A DNA stretch of 61,686 nt, the filler included, from Globobulimina sp. (taxonomy: Eukaryota): NCBI GenBank assembly GCA_003354225.1. It is 14 parts of 14 records of this genome, joined end to end, with 100 filler letters (N's around TTAATTAATTAA, not from the genome) between each part and the next. Parts side by side here need not be neighbours in the genome. Positions count along the whole stretch, not along the records: positions 44,154 to 48,464 come from PIVH01001368.1; positions 48,565 to 52,874 come from PIVH01001369.1; positions 52,975 to 57,283 come from PIVH01001370.1; positions 57,384 to 61,686 come from PIVH01001371.1; 10 more parts are not named here. One strand, written 5' to 3'. Within the stretch, counting starts at the first letter, position 1. The number at the start of each line of letters is the position of its first letter. The notes under the pieces were generated by a model that did no database searches, had not been told where the DNA came from, and saw only the letters and a program-made list of their open reading frames with translations. The translations under genes and the position numbers were made by a program. Shown here in pieces: positions 45,477-57,708 of this stretch.

Positions 45477-48464
45477 TTATTGAACATTATTAGAGCCTGC
45501 AGCTTCAGACATTCTCCATACTGCCTTATCTATTTTAATTTTGGTTCGAGGACATCGTTTCCATTCTCCACAGACACTTTTATTTTGACAGTTACTCCAA
45601 TGGTCACCAGATTTTAAATCAATACATGGACTACATTTGCAATCCAAATAGCGGCGATATATTACATTTGGTGAATGGATATTATATTCAAAGTAGTCAT
45701 TGATATCTTTTATTGGCGTACATACCACATCTTGATGGATATGATTGATTACATTGACTCCAATTGGTATAAATTTACGGGATGATATATGTTCATCAAT
45801 TAATTTAGTATGCAAATAACGAATAATGGTCATATCATATGTTTCAACTGATGGATCATAATATACTGCTCCAGCACTCACTCCTCGATTAACTTCACAT
45901 TTTATTGTTGAACCTTCTGAATCACAGAGCGACTTTCCATGTTGGGGACAAGTGAATGTCCAAAAAAGATTTTTCAATTTCAATCTTTTTTTGATGAATC
46001 CCAAACCAATAATAAAAGCAGAACAGCTAAACTCACCCCTATCACTATAGCCATAAAAGTTATGTAATTCGGAGTTTAACTGCTCTTTAAAAAATGTTTG
46101 CATATTTTTAATATGCTCCTCAACAACATACAATGCAGCAGCCCAATCATGCTGTGGATCAGATGAAAAATATGAAAATTGTAACTCTTTAGTATACATA
46201 TTTGGTTCATCATCACTCATTTCCTCATTATTATTAGGTTCAGCAGCAGTAACTCTATTATTTGTACAGCATAAAGAAATTCCATCTCGATTGCTCCATT
46301 GGCCTGCTGTTTTAATCATGGATTGAAGTTTAATATTATTAATATAATCAAAATGTGTTTGTGCAGTGTTTGGAGGGATATTAGTTTGTGATTTATCAAT
46401 CCAATCACGTCTAGTACGGTGGTTGTATATATATGTAATGTGGTGTTTGGAATATTTAATATATTCCTCCAAATATTTGGATTTCAAATCAGTCCAATTG
46501 ACACTGATTTTATGAATTCCATCATCATAATTATCGGAGTTTGAATTTTGATATTTTTTATGGTAATCATATTTAAATAATAAACCATTATTAACATTGA
46601 ATGACGAACAAAAATTACCACCAATAACTTTCTCTAAATATGCCGCTCCGCAATTAATATTATCACATTCAGATCGAAAACATTTTGAATCTGGATATAA
46701 TGAATGGTTATTTTTGCATGATATTTTTTTTATGAATTTAGTGGGTGTTAATTTAAATAAACCATTTAAAATTGGACATGTTTTGCAATCATGACAGTCA
46801 CATTTTTCATTTTTATTAATATTATTCGGGCATTGTTTTGTTCCGCAACTATGGTATTTGGGTGATGTTAAAATATTTTTCATCAATTTGGATATATTGG
46901 CCCAATTATGGTGAACTGAACAATGACTAAAATCTGAATCATCAACATGATAAATAAATATTGGTCTGATAGTAACGAACCATTTTTCAGACGGAATGGG
47001 TTTATTATACTTACTGCATATTAATTTTGTTGTTTTATGTGATTTCCATTCAGTATACACTGTGTTAAACGGAGCATAACAAATATGTTGGGGATGAATG
47101 ATTTTATTTTTATTTTTATCCGTTAAAATGCGTGTTTTTTTAGTATTCGGATTTGGATGGGTTGTTGTAAGCCAAAAATCTAATGCCCATTGGAACAGTT
47201 CAACAGGATATACCAATCTCACATTATTGACAACATTGCACAAAGAACGAGTATCACCGTTATTGAAACGTTTTTTTAATGACTTAATTTTGGAGTAATT
47301 TTTGTGTTGAAATGTAAATGGAGATAATTGCTTAATAATATCTGGATTTGCTATTGAACCATCGGGATTTAAACAACACAATGCTGATAATAATTGTTCC
47401 TTTAATTGCAAATCAGCGTCAGAATAATAGTTACGGATTACCCTCAATACACGGGCAATCTCATTAATTGTCAATATTTGTTCACCAATTGGAAATTGTG
47501 ATAATTTTGCAGGTAAATATTTATTTTTGGATATAATATTTAAAATATTTGTCACTGATTCTTCATTATTTTCACGTAATAATAATTTAGCAATTTCATT
47601 GGCAATTTGTTTCTGTTTGGTTGCACTATTTATTTTATTTAATGCAGGTTTAATATTTCGGCAGAATGCAGGTTTAATATTCCGGTAGAATTCATTTTCA
47701 ATTTTTTTTTTATTCCAATTGCAATTTGTTCCAGATAAAAATTCCACACATTCAGATAAAAAATCTTTTTTCGCACTAAGATGTTTTTTCGCCAATGCAA
47801 ATTGGTACAATTGTGCTTTAAACCAGCCATCATGTGAATACGAAGCTTGGTGTTCTGTGCCATGGAAATCTTCGGCGTGTAGCGGACTTTGGCTGCGACT
47901 AAATCTTTTTTAAGCAGAGAAAGAAATGTTAATTGAAAAAATAAATAAAAAGATATAATAAATTACTCAGTGTTTAATTTTTGTTTTTTTGCAGGTGGCT
48001 CTGTATCCGCATCATCACTACTAACGCCATCATGATTTGCATCTTCTTCGGACTCCATATTTTTTCTTTTTTTATTCTTTTCCATTGCATCCATTGCAGC
48101 CGCTGCTTCCTTCGCTTCTTGTCTTTGTTTCCAATTTTTATAATCATATTTTTCATCCAATCTCTCCTTAACAGCAATATATACCTTTTTAACAACAGGA
48201 TCCATTCCATACATTAATCCTAAATCATCATAGCTAAGCAATAATTTCCCTTTTTTATTATCCGGATTTTCCAATATCCCTTTATCAATCCGATAATATC
48301 TCCCTCCGTTATACTCTTTAAAAATAGAGTTTGCTGCAAAGCAAGCCCATAATCGCGGGATCCTGCCATAAATACGTCCGTTGACTAATTGTTTCATCGT
48401 TGTTTTGTTTGTTGTCAACCTGTCCATGACAATAAACAAAACATCCTGCTTTTTTTTATTTTTT
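45477..48464 (-). mobile_element. Sola-like (probably Sola2-type) DDD transposase gene, intron-containing (intron 47905-47966), 5' partial
   Basis: CSVHHN, HFDYINN, YSDRGEF, FTCPQHGKSLCDSEGSTIK and C-terminal RRYLDCKCSPC..C..GEW. Splicing fuses ORF 47963-48439 (NLS-like PPAKKQK) in frame. Confidence 0.72.
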
Positions 48465-48950
48465 NNNNNNNNNNNNNNNNNNNNNNNNNNNNNNNNNNNN
48501 NNNNNNNNTTAATTAATTAANNNNNNNNNNNNNNNNNNNNNNNNNNNNNNNNNNNNNNNNNNNNTAACGATGCAACACCAGTTGTTATAGCAAAGCAAGG
48601 CATTGCATATTTGAATACAGTGAGATCTGTTGTTTCTTTTACATTTACACTTTGCTCTTGTAACCATTTGAACAGCATTGTGAAGCTACAGCATCTGTGA
48701 CTTAAAAAGTGTGTTGAAAACTTTGTGTATACTAGTATCGTAATTGTGTAAATACTAACTATGCAAATTAGTGTAATTCAGTCGCATAACAACAAATTTC
48801 AATTAAATCTGGATACTTTGATTTTAATTCTAATAAAGCGATATAATCTGCATATGTTTCTACAACACATATTATTTTTGAAGTAAACACTAAACAGTGA
48901 ATAAACATCAGAAAATCCAGAAATACACGCTGCCCTTTTAATACTTGATA

Positions 48951-49545
48951 ATGGGCGCAGAAACTTCACATAAAATGAGTGTGATATCAAAGTCTGAATC
49001 ATATGGTCCATTCAATGAGATTGAAATGGATATAAGTTGGTTGTTCAACAACAAACAATTAAAATTCAAATTTATTTATGTTGATAAACATCCTAAAATG
49101 ATGGTATTTGAAACATTACCTCAATATGGGAATCATGCTGTGGTTTGTATTGATTTAGTGTATGAACAAAATGAACTACATCAAGATAAACCATTCAATG
49201 TTGTTAGATTTAAAGTATGCTTATTTTATATTTTTAGTTGTGTGTGACAAATATGTCATGTTACAGAGTCAAACATGGACACAAGTACAACGAACAATGA
49301 CTGAAGAAGGAGCACAAACATATAATTTAACCAAGCCATTAGGTACAATATTAACGTGGTGTTGTCAATATCAAGATGATAATCCATTCTATTCAAAAAG
49401 TACCAATAACTGCAGAAAATTTATGATGGAGTTATGTGGCGAAATTGAAGTAACATTTCCTGACAAAATGTTTATGGAGGATCAGTGGTACAGATGGAAT
49501 GCAGCAACGAAATCATCAAAGAATTCCGCATCCTTATTGGGATAA
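48951..49545 (+). CDS. Small N-myristoylated permuted papain-fold (PPPDE/NlpC-P60-like) protein (intron 49215-49266)
   Basis: MGAETS start. His in NHAVVCID precedes Y..TNNCRKF, the His-before-Cys order of permuted NlpC/P60 enzymes. Confidence 0.6.
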
Positions 49546-49817
49546 AATATTTTGTGTGATATTCGCTATGCAATGTTGTGTGAAATACTTTGCAAAAATT
49601 AAATATTAATGTCATTTGTATGACACAACTAATATAACAACCTTGAATTGAGTGGCAGTTGCACTTGTAGGTAACTCAAAAAGTGTGTTGAAAACAAAAA
49701 GGTAAAGATGAGTTCCGATAGATAACATCGCATGAATCGCATCGCCATTTCATATACAAACCTTGGAATATCTGAGTTTAGAAACGCTTGACCTGTGAAA
49801 ACAACTTAATTCCGAGC

Positions 49818-50352
49818 ATGGGTTTAGTTGAATCTTGTGGTGATGATGATTGCATGAACTGCTCAGACAAACAAAACGATACACGATGGAAAAAGAAACT
49901 GGTCGATGAATATAAACGACCTGCACTGGCAGCTGAGACACAAACTGCAGTGCCCAAACTAGAGCAAAACCAATGATGATGATAATGACACTGATGCGGT
50001 GGATGATGATTCTTTGGAGACAGACTCTTCAATGGAACCGTCAGAGAAAGAAGAGATTCAACATAGAAAACAAGAGACATTGCAGGCAGAAGAAATTGCA
50101 GCAATGGAAAAAGAACTGGATACAATGGAGAAACAAGCAACTTTTGGTGATATCGGTGATGATGATAATGAAGAAGGAGCTGATAATTTATTTCGATTTG
50201 CGTCAGAAAGTGATTGGAACAGAGATGCATTAATTAAGCAGAAAAAAGAAATGCAGGCTCATTTGGCGCATTTGGTTGAGTCTCATGTCTCAAAAAGCAA
50301 ATCGCCAAAAAATGACGAAATGCCGCCGTGCTCGACTTTTCTTCACGAATAA
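49818..50352 (+). pseudogene. Acidic hypothetical protein fragment with an apparent frameshift near 49960-49975
   Basis: Overlapping short ORFs in different frames (CGDDDCMNC..., then DDDSLETDSS...). No family recognised. Confidence 0.3.
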
Positions 50353-50711
50353 TCCATTGAAAAATGAAAAACATTTAACCACATTCTGACGCTGAAAATT
50401 AAACATAACCATTGTTATATAATTAATTTTGTTTATTATTGTATCCCAAATCAAACTGTTTTTGTTTGGTGTGCATCTGATTTTATATTTATTAATGTAC
50501 AGTTATTAAATGTTGAGGAGTTTATAAAGGTTTTAAATAACAATTCTTATTCTCATGGTAGATAGCACCCTGTTTAAGGTCTCAAATTTCAAATCGTCGA
50601 TCCGAAAACTTTGTTTGAAGTGATCTAGCCATCAGATCACGTACTGCCATTATTTTCGAACAAAGTAAATGATAAATTGAAGAAAGGAAAAAACTAATAT
50701 TATTATATATT

Positions 50712-52229
50712 TTACACATCAAAATTAGATGCAAATACAGGGATTCCTTTTTTATTCACATAGTTTGCAACATTATATGCAGTTTTTGGATTTGATACAA
50801 TAAAAACAGCCTCAGCGCCAAACTCCTTTGCTTTTTGAACAGTTAATAACGATAAATCAGGGTGTTTCTTTTTTGTGGTATCATATAATATAACATTTGG
50901 TAAAGGTATTAAAATATCGACAATAAATTGCGGATAATTATTTTTATGATCTCTGGCCACCCAAACTAACGATATTTGCACATCGAAATGTTTGGTATTA
51001 ACAACATACGGTATTAAGGGCGCAATGCCAGCCCCGGTGGCCAATGCAAACACTTTCCGCCACATAAATAGGCCTTGACTAAAATTCGGTGGCTTCACAC
51101 GATGGATCCAAAAATTAGTCTCATTTAATTCACCTTTTTTGGCATTCAATGTTAATTTTTTCGTAAAATCACCCAAATTCTTAATTAATACCAAAGAACG
51201 ATGACCTTTATCCTTATCAAATGGCAATGGCGTAATACCCATTACATGGAATTCCCTCCAATTGGTTGATAATTTGCATACAGAGCCCATAGGGGACCAT
51301 ATGTCAAATATGAATGCTGTGGATAGGCCGGACTTTGATGGTATAATTTCAACATTTTTACCGCGTATTTTATGAATCATAAGCCATGGATATAACGTCA
51401 ATGTAACCAAACCAATGGCAAATATTGATGGGGTGTTTGCTGTTAAATGTATGAATAATGCTATTCCATTATAATTTGATTCGTTGTATGCTTTTTTGTT
51501 TACAAAATAAATATGTGACACCAAGAAACATAATGATAACCAATTTAAATAACGATGTAGGACTTCAAATGAATTATGATAATAATACCTGAAACAGGGC
51601 GCAGCCGAAGTACATATTAACAGTAACAATGCCGGTAAGGCGAAAGCAGTGATTGTGATGCCATTAAATTGAAGATTTTCAGCCATAAATACATCATAAA
51701 AATATATTGCATTCCAAAGATATGCGGTGCCACCAAAGGAGACGTGCAGTCCGCCAATGCAGTCAAGTAAACGACTGGCGTGATATTTAAAATATGTATT
51801 CAAACAAAATAAATGTTTTATTGCGCCATAAACGAGCCATAGGAATAATCGGTCTCGAATTAATGCAGCAAAAAATACAGGACCTACCGCAAAGAAACCA
51901 AGTTCTGTTATCATACTATTGCTTGAACACCAGATACAAAACAGAACAATATTGGCAATAATGATTGGTATTTGCCATAACCAATAATGAACATATATTC
52001 GTATCGCATAACATCTACAAATATTAACTATGATCGCACCTCCTTTGAACTTTTCTGATTTGCCATTGGATACATTTGATACAACAAATGATGCACGTTC
52101 TTGCATACTGATGCTGACTTTATTTAAACGTTTCTCTAATTTATTATTTATTGCATACTGTTCAATCAATTTTTTGTTCAATATCTCGTTCTCTGCACGT
52201 AATTGCAATAATTCTTTCTCGTCAGCCAT
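50712..52229 (-). CDS. Membrane ferric-reductase-like flavoprotein (TM domain plus FNR-type NAD(P)-binding domain)
   Basis: GGLHVSFG, HNSFEVLHRYLNW, EFHVMG, GDFTKKL, ATGAGIAP and AEAVFIVSN..GIPVFASNFD; several TM helices. Confidence 0.8.
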   Translation of the reverse strand: MADEKELLQLRAENEILNKKLIEQYAINNKLEKRLNKVSISMQERASFVVSNVSNGKSEKFKGGAIIVNICRCYAIRIYVHYWLWQIPIIIANIVLFCIWCSSNSMITELGFFAVGPVFFAALIRDRLFLWLVYGAIKHLFCLNTYFKYHASRLLDCIGGLHVSFGGTAYLWNAIYFYDVFMAENLQFNGITITAFALPALLLLICTSAAPCFRYYYHNSFEVLHRYLNWLSLCFLVSHIYFVNKKAYNESNYNGIALFIHLTANTPSIFAIGLVTLTLYPWLMIHKIRGKNVEIIPSKSGLSTAFIFDIWSPMGSVCKLSTNWREFHVMGITPLPFDKDKGHRSLVLIKNLGDFTKKLTLNAKKGELNETNFWIHRVKPPNFSQGLFMWRKVFALATGAGIAPLIPYVVNTKHFDVQISLVWVARDHKNNYPQFIVDILIPLPNVILYDTTKKKHPDLSLLTVQKAKEFGAEAVFIVSNPKTAYNVANYVNKKGIPVFASNFDV

Positions 52230-52344
52230 TGTTCCGAAATATAAAGATAATATAAGCAGACTGTTTTCGTGTTTAAACTTTAATACTTAATGACTTAATA
52301 CTTAATGGGTGCGGTTAAAATTTGTTATTTAACTTTAGCATAGT

Positions 52345-52874
52345 ATGGGTGCGAAACATTCAAAAGCTGCAGCAGTGGCAACCCGACGTACAATTGATGG
52401 TGAATCACTACCGCGTGCAATATCCTTTTACATTGAGCAGCAAGCTGGAAAACATAATATTTATCTCCCATCTGATATTATTAGATTATGCATCAAATTT
52501 TGTAAATTCATCATTATGGATACTATTTTGTTTGAAAAAGAAGAAGGTGCACTATTTGAGCATTTGGAATCCAAAATCACAGTGAAAAGGAGAATGAGAA
52601 TGATTTATTGCCAATTGTTATATCAACATAATTTTATTGATATTGTTAGATTTGATATGAAAGGATTTGTTGCAACACTCGAGAATAAGTCAAATATATT
52701 AATTATATTTTGTAGCGAATTTAATCACATAATAAGTTTATTCATCACGCAAACCATTCACAAAAGGAATTGGGACTGCAACATGTCTGCGTTGTTATTG
52801 CGATCCCAATTTGAAAGAGAAAGAGAGGAATGTCAATGTCCAAAAGAATTAGTGTTCGATTACTACAATTTGGA
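52345..52874 (+). CDS. Degenerate TLDc-like protein, 3' partial
   Basis: MG start, LPSDIIRLC module, then MDTILFEKEE..LLYQ..GFVATLENKSNILIIFCSEFNHIISLF, paralleling the TLDc protein at 58975-59730. Confidence 0.6.
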
Positions 52875-52974
52875 NNNNNNNNNNNNNNNNNNNNNNNNNN
52901 NNNNNNNNNNNNNNNNNNTTAATTAATTAANNNNNNNNNNNNNNNNNNNNNNNNNNNNNNNNNNNNNNNNNNNN

Positions 52975-55900
52975 TTTGCTGAGGTGGTCGTTGTTGTTGA
53001 GGTGGTTTCCATTGTTGCTGCTGTTGAGGTGGTCGTTGTTGTTGAGGCGGTTTCCATTGTTGTTGCTGGGGTGGTCGATATTGTTGCTGAGGTGGTTGGT
53101 GTTGTTGTTGTTGTTGTTGTGACCATGGATTTTGAGGTGGTGGTGGTGCCCCCCATGGATTTTGTTGTTGTGGTGGTGCTCCCCATGGATCTTCGGGTGG
53201 TGGTTGTGCTCCGGTTAAACCAAATTGTCCCGCCACTTCTCCGGCTTGTCCAAGATGGTGAGCTACATCGGGTGCATCTGGCAGATCTACCCCTAACTGC
53301 CCCGCTACCCCTTGAGCCTTGCCATACGCGTCCTGCAGTACAGTATCACATACACAGTATTACACACAATATAATAGATATATATATATATATAACTTGT
53401 GCTTGTTGAGCTAAACCTTGTCCTTTCTCCATTAGCCCAGCAATACCTCCTTGTTGATCCACAAATCCTTTTGCTTTACTCATAAATCCTTTTAATTTCC
53501 CCCCAAGTCCACCCCCTTTCTTACTTTTAGCTTTACCTCCTCTTTTCTTCCTACCTCCCCTTTTTTTTCTAGCTCTTTTTGGCTTTCTCTTCCGTGACCT
53601 TTTTGGTTTCGATCTTCGTCTGCTTGATTTTCTTCTGCCACCGCCTCGTCTCTTTAATCTCCTTCTCAGTGAGCTAGAATATTCATTGTGATCTCCACCA
53701 AGCAAAGCCATGTCACCCTTTGCTGCCGATAATAAATACCTTCTTTCTTGCTTACGTTCAACCGGAACATAATCAGAACCTTAGCATGTAACATAATTTT
53801 GCAGCAATAATTGTATATGCAATATGCATAAATCATAACATATGTTTTTAAATTTTGCTGCAGTTTCTCCATTTTTTAAAAAGGTAATAATGAATTAAGG
53901 TTACTGTTGATTTTCAATTTGGATATATATGTTTGAAAAATGGAGAAACTACATATGTTATGATTTAATGTAAAGAATTGAGCACGAGATTGACAAACCG
54001 GAATTTGCTTCATTACCATCAGAATAATATTCATTATCATCGTAATAATATCCATTATCATCATAATAATATCCGTCATATTCATCGTCATATTCATCGT
54101 CATATTCATCGTCATATTCATCGTCATATTCATCGTCATATTCATCGTCATAATCTTCATCATAATAATACCCATCAACCTCATCGTCATATTCATCATC
54201 ATTCAAATCTTGTTGTTTTAAATCATCATAAAAATCAGCTACTTCTGCATCATACTCATAATAATTTCCCATATCTTCGTCTGCCGCAGATTTCCGTCTA
54301 CCAAAACCATCCGGTTTCACATTTTGCAGCACTTCCGTCCAAATCCATTGTGGCAGCCATGACGGTTTTTGCCGAGGCATTGATTTGGCAAATTGTCGGT
54401 ATTGATGCCATGGTATGCGATGTTTATGTTTTCTGTATGCAATCGGATTGTGGAACTTATGTCCTTTCATAGGATGATTAAATATCCGCCGTGGTGGTAC
54501 CGCTCGCAATCTCAATATGTGTACGTATGGTAAACGTTGCATCATATTACGGCCATTTGCATTTATATATGGTGGGGCAAACGGCATATTATCTAATGGA
54601 GGCAATGGGGATCTATATGCGTGTGGATAGTTCGTTGGTGGTTGTAATATGCGCACCGGGGCCATAAAAGAATCCATTACATTGACTAAGTTCAATAAAT
54701 CCGCTGGTCCTAAAATCTCGCTCTCTAAACATCATTTTGCAAGTAAGTAAAAAAAAAAACTTCACTGCAAAGCTTGCATGATCATGGCGTGTATACTTAA
54801 CTGTCTGCTTTGAGGGCAGGTTTACATGGATGTTTTTGTCGGCCATCATCATCATAATCGATGTACTGACAAATACAGAAATTATTCCTGCACTTCCGAA
54901 CCATTTTATACCCTCTATGTGTCACTATGTGTTTCGGTTTGAATTTGTTACGATCGTTCCATTCCTCATCATCAACGTCCAATATGTCATGGTTCACAGC
55001 CCAATGCATGGCTTGCAATGCATTTGTAGCGGCATGTTGTGTATCGAGATCATAATCAAATGCTTCCGTGGCTTTGTTGTTTTTATTCAATTCCTTGTAT
55101 TCATCCATCATGTCTTGGTATGCTGCGGATCGATAAAATGGTGATTTGTGATATTTATGTCGACCCACTTTCACATTTACACGCATACTCTGTCGCGGGT
55201 TGTCATTATGGGCCATGGTGGCACATATTTGCACAGATTGTAATGATTTACATTTTCGGGTAGCTCGAGTGGTATCTTCTGCTGCCTCATCGCGTGCGTT
55301 GATGTTACTGATTTCATTCCATTCTTTGTCTCCATTGAATGATAATAATAAATCTGCGAATTCAGCTTGTAACTGACTCAATAACTCTGTGTTAATTATT
55401 ATTGCAAAAAAAAAAAAAACAACAAAACCCGAACCGTTTTCAAAAACAAAATATCAGACCTTGAGTCTCTTCATATTGCTGTTCATAATAGTCACCATCC
55501 ACAGCATCATAAAAATCATTATCACCGAACTCCATTCCATAATATTCACTGAAATAATCATTGTAATATCCATCATCTTCATACCCACCTTCACCTTCAG
55601 CATCGTCATCGTCTTAAACAAAAAAAAGATTTTCACTTAAAAATCACTTACAAACATGTCATGACAGAGACTGTACCTGTATTTTGCTCATAATATCCAC
55701 CATAAGCATCATAATACACCTTATCCTCATCAGCGTAATCCACCAGCCTCCGCCTGAACGATTGTTCGTGTTGCTGTTCCTGTTCCTGTTCAGGTTCAGG
55801 CACAGGTAATTTTGGCTGTTTATCCAATTCCCTTAACCGCTCTAATTCAGCTTCTTCTTTCTCTTTGATGTACTGCTTCAATTCTTTCAATTCCTTTAAT

Positions 55901-57283
55901 TCCGCCCTTCGGTCCATTGCAACTTCATCCCCAAACCCTTGCCGTGGGTGTTCAGAATCATACCCATTCCCTTCATCATCATACTCACTCTGGTCATAGC
56001 CATATGGAACATCTTCTTCACTGCTTAATTGTCTTCGTTCCACGACAGATCTCAACGCATCTTGTTCATTATCATAATATCCATAATCATCATACCCATC
56101 ATCATCATCGTAATATCCATCATCATCATAATAATAATCATCACTGTCACTGTCATGCAATGCGTTTTGTAACTCATCCTCATCCTCATTATTATTATAA
56201 TAATACTCATCATACCCATACACATTGTAATACGTATCATCCATATCCTCATTACTGGCGGCGGCAAATCTAAATTGATAGTCATCATCGATTGCGTCAT
56301 GGTCAATGCATAGTTTATGTTGCACGCCAGGTATGGCCATGGAACATTTACTTAATTCGCCATTGGTTTCATCCCAATGAGCATCATTATCAAACTCAAA
56401 TTCATGTTCATCAAAATAATACATAAAGTCGCCATAACCATCATAAGCACGCAATACATCGCCATCAGCATCCTCAGCCATGTTATTATCATCCATCCTC
56501 GCATTAAATCCTGAGCCATAGTCACAATTTAAACACTTAAACAACGCCTCATCATCACCTATTTTATCGCGTGTCCACAACCAATATCCCAACATGTCAC
56601 CATATTCAACTATATATACAATGAATATTATTACAAATCCGTACAAAAAGCAATGTATACAATGTGCGAGGATAAAAAAATAAAAACTACACACATTCTG
56701 TATCAAAATCATAACCGTCATCCTCATCAAATATACCATCACCATCCACCTCACTTTCATCAGTTATAAAATCACCAAAATCATCGCTCATCGCATCCAC
56801 TGTATGGGAGCCTAAGTCGTCACCATCATCATACCCTTCCTCATCGTCACTAGCATGGCCATCTTGATCCTGTGCATCATCATCGTCACCATAATAATAT
56901 TCCCAATCTGCATCTGACATGGCATCATATGTCCGATGATCTGTATCATCGCTACTTTCATCATAATCATACATATCGCCACCATACGCATCATATTCAT
57001 ATCCCCTTTCCTTCATCGCCTGTGCTAACCGCCTGTGTACATACTCCCATCTATCGTCTATGTGCAATCTCCGTCGCACATTAAATGGATCCTTGGCGCC
57101 CGACATCTTCATCATTGTATAGGCCTCGTCATAGCCCATCTCATCGGGCACTTCTTCCATATTGGTCATTTTGCCCTGTTCAGCGATGTTGAGTGTACTG
57201 CCTTGTTGCTGTTGTTGCTGTCCTTGACCCGCACCATAACCTAACATATGCCCCATACCTGAGCCTCCGCCATAGCCTGGACT
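52975..57283 (-). CDS. Very large acidic D/E/Y-rich modular protein, 7 exons, partial at both ends (about 1240 aa visible)
   Basis: GT-AG introns 56610-56694, 55613-55676, 55387-55459, 54725(or 54710)-54801, 53780-53998 and 53333-53396 join all minus-strand ORFs of this contig in frame. Confidence 0.85.
54075..54152 (-). repeat. 12-bp coding tandem repeat encoding (YDDE)n
   Basis: tcatattcatcg repeated about 6 times. Confidence 0.95.
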
Positions 57284-57708
57284 NNNNNNNNNNNNNNNNN
57301 NNNNNNNNNNNNNNNNNNNNNNNNNNNTTAATTAATTAANNNNNNNNNNNNNNNNNNNNNNNNNNNNNNNNNNNNNNNNNNNNTTGGAAATCTGAGCGTG
57401 TAACCAGGTGAATAACACCATGGCGGTTTTGTGTTATTTAAGAAAGGACACAATTTATCCCATCCATCCATCGCCATCCATGTATACAATTTCATTCAAA
57501 TAATACTTTTTATACAGAAACCATGGTTTTCACTTTGTCAGACTTAATCCGACATGTTTCATTTGTCGATGAGTTCCGATATATGGTGAAGATGACAATT
57601 TAATTTTAGTGTAACTATTTAACAGATTTATAAAAACACGACGGATTTAGAATATATAGGGTTGTTTGTCTGTACATATGTACATGTGTTTGTACATAAA
57701 CAATATAG

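Noticed and set aside
53876-57244. His-rich and Met-rich ORFs (IHRHIHRH, MNMTMNMT) suggesting metal-binding peptides
   Set aside because: Alternate-frame and antisense readings of the (YDDE)n and Asp/Tyr codons of the spliced acidic gene.
4319-57383. Regularly spaced TTAATTAATTAA palindrome every ~4.4 kb, superficially a repeat array
   Set aside because: It is an artificial all-frame-stop linker inside N runs. ORFs running into X residues and any cross-linker gene clusters are artefacts.
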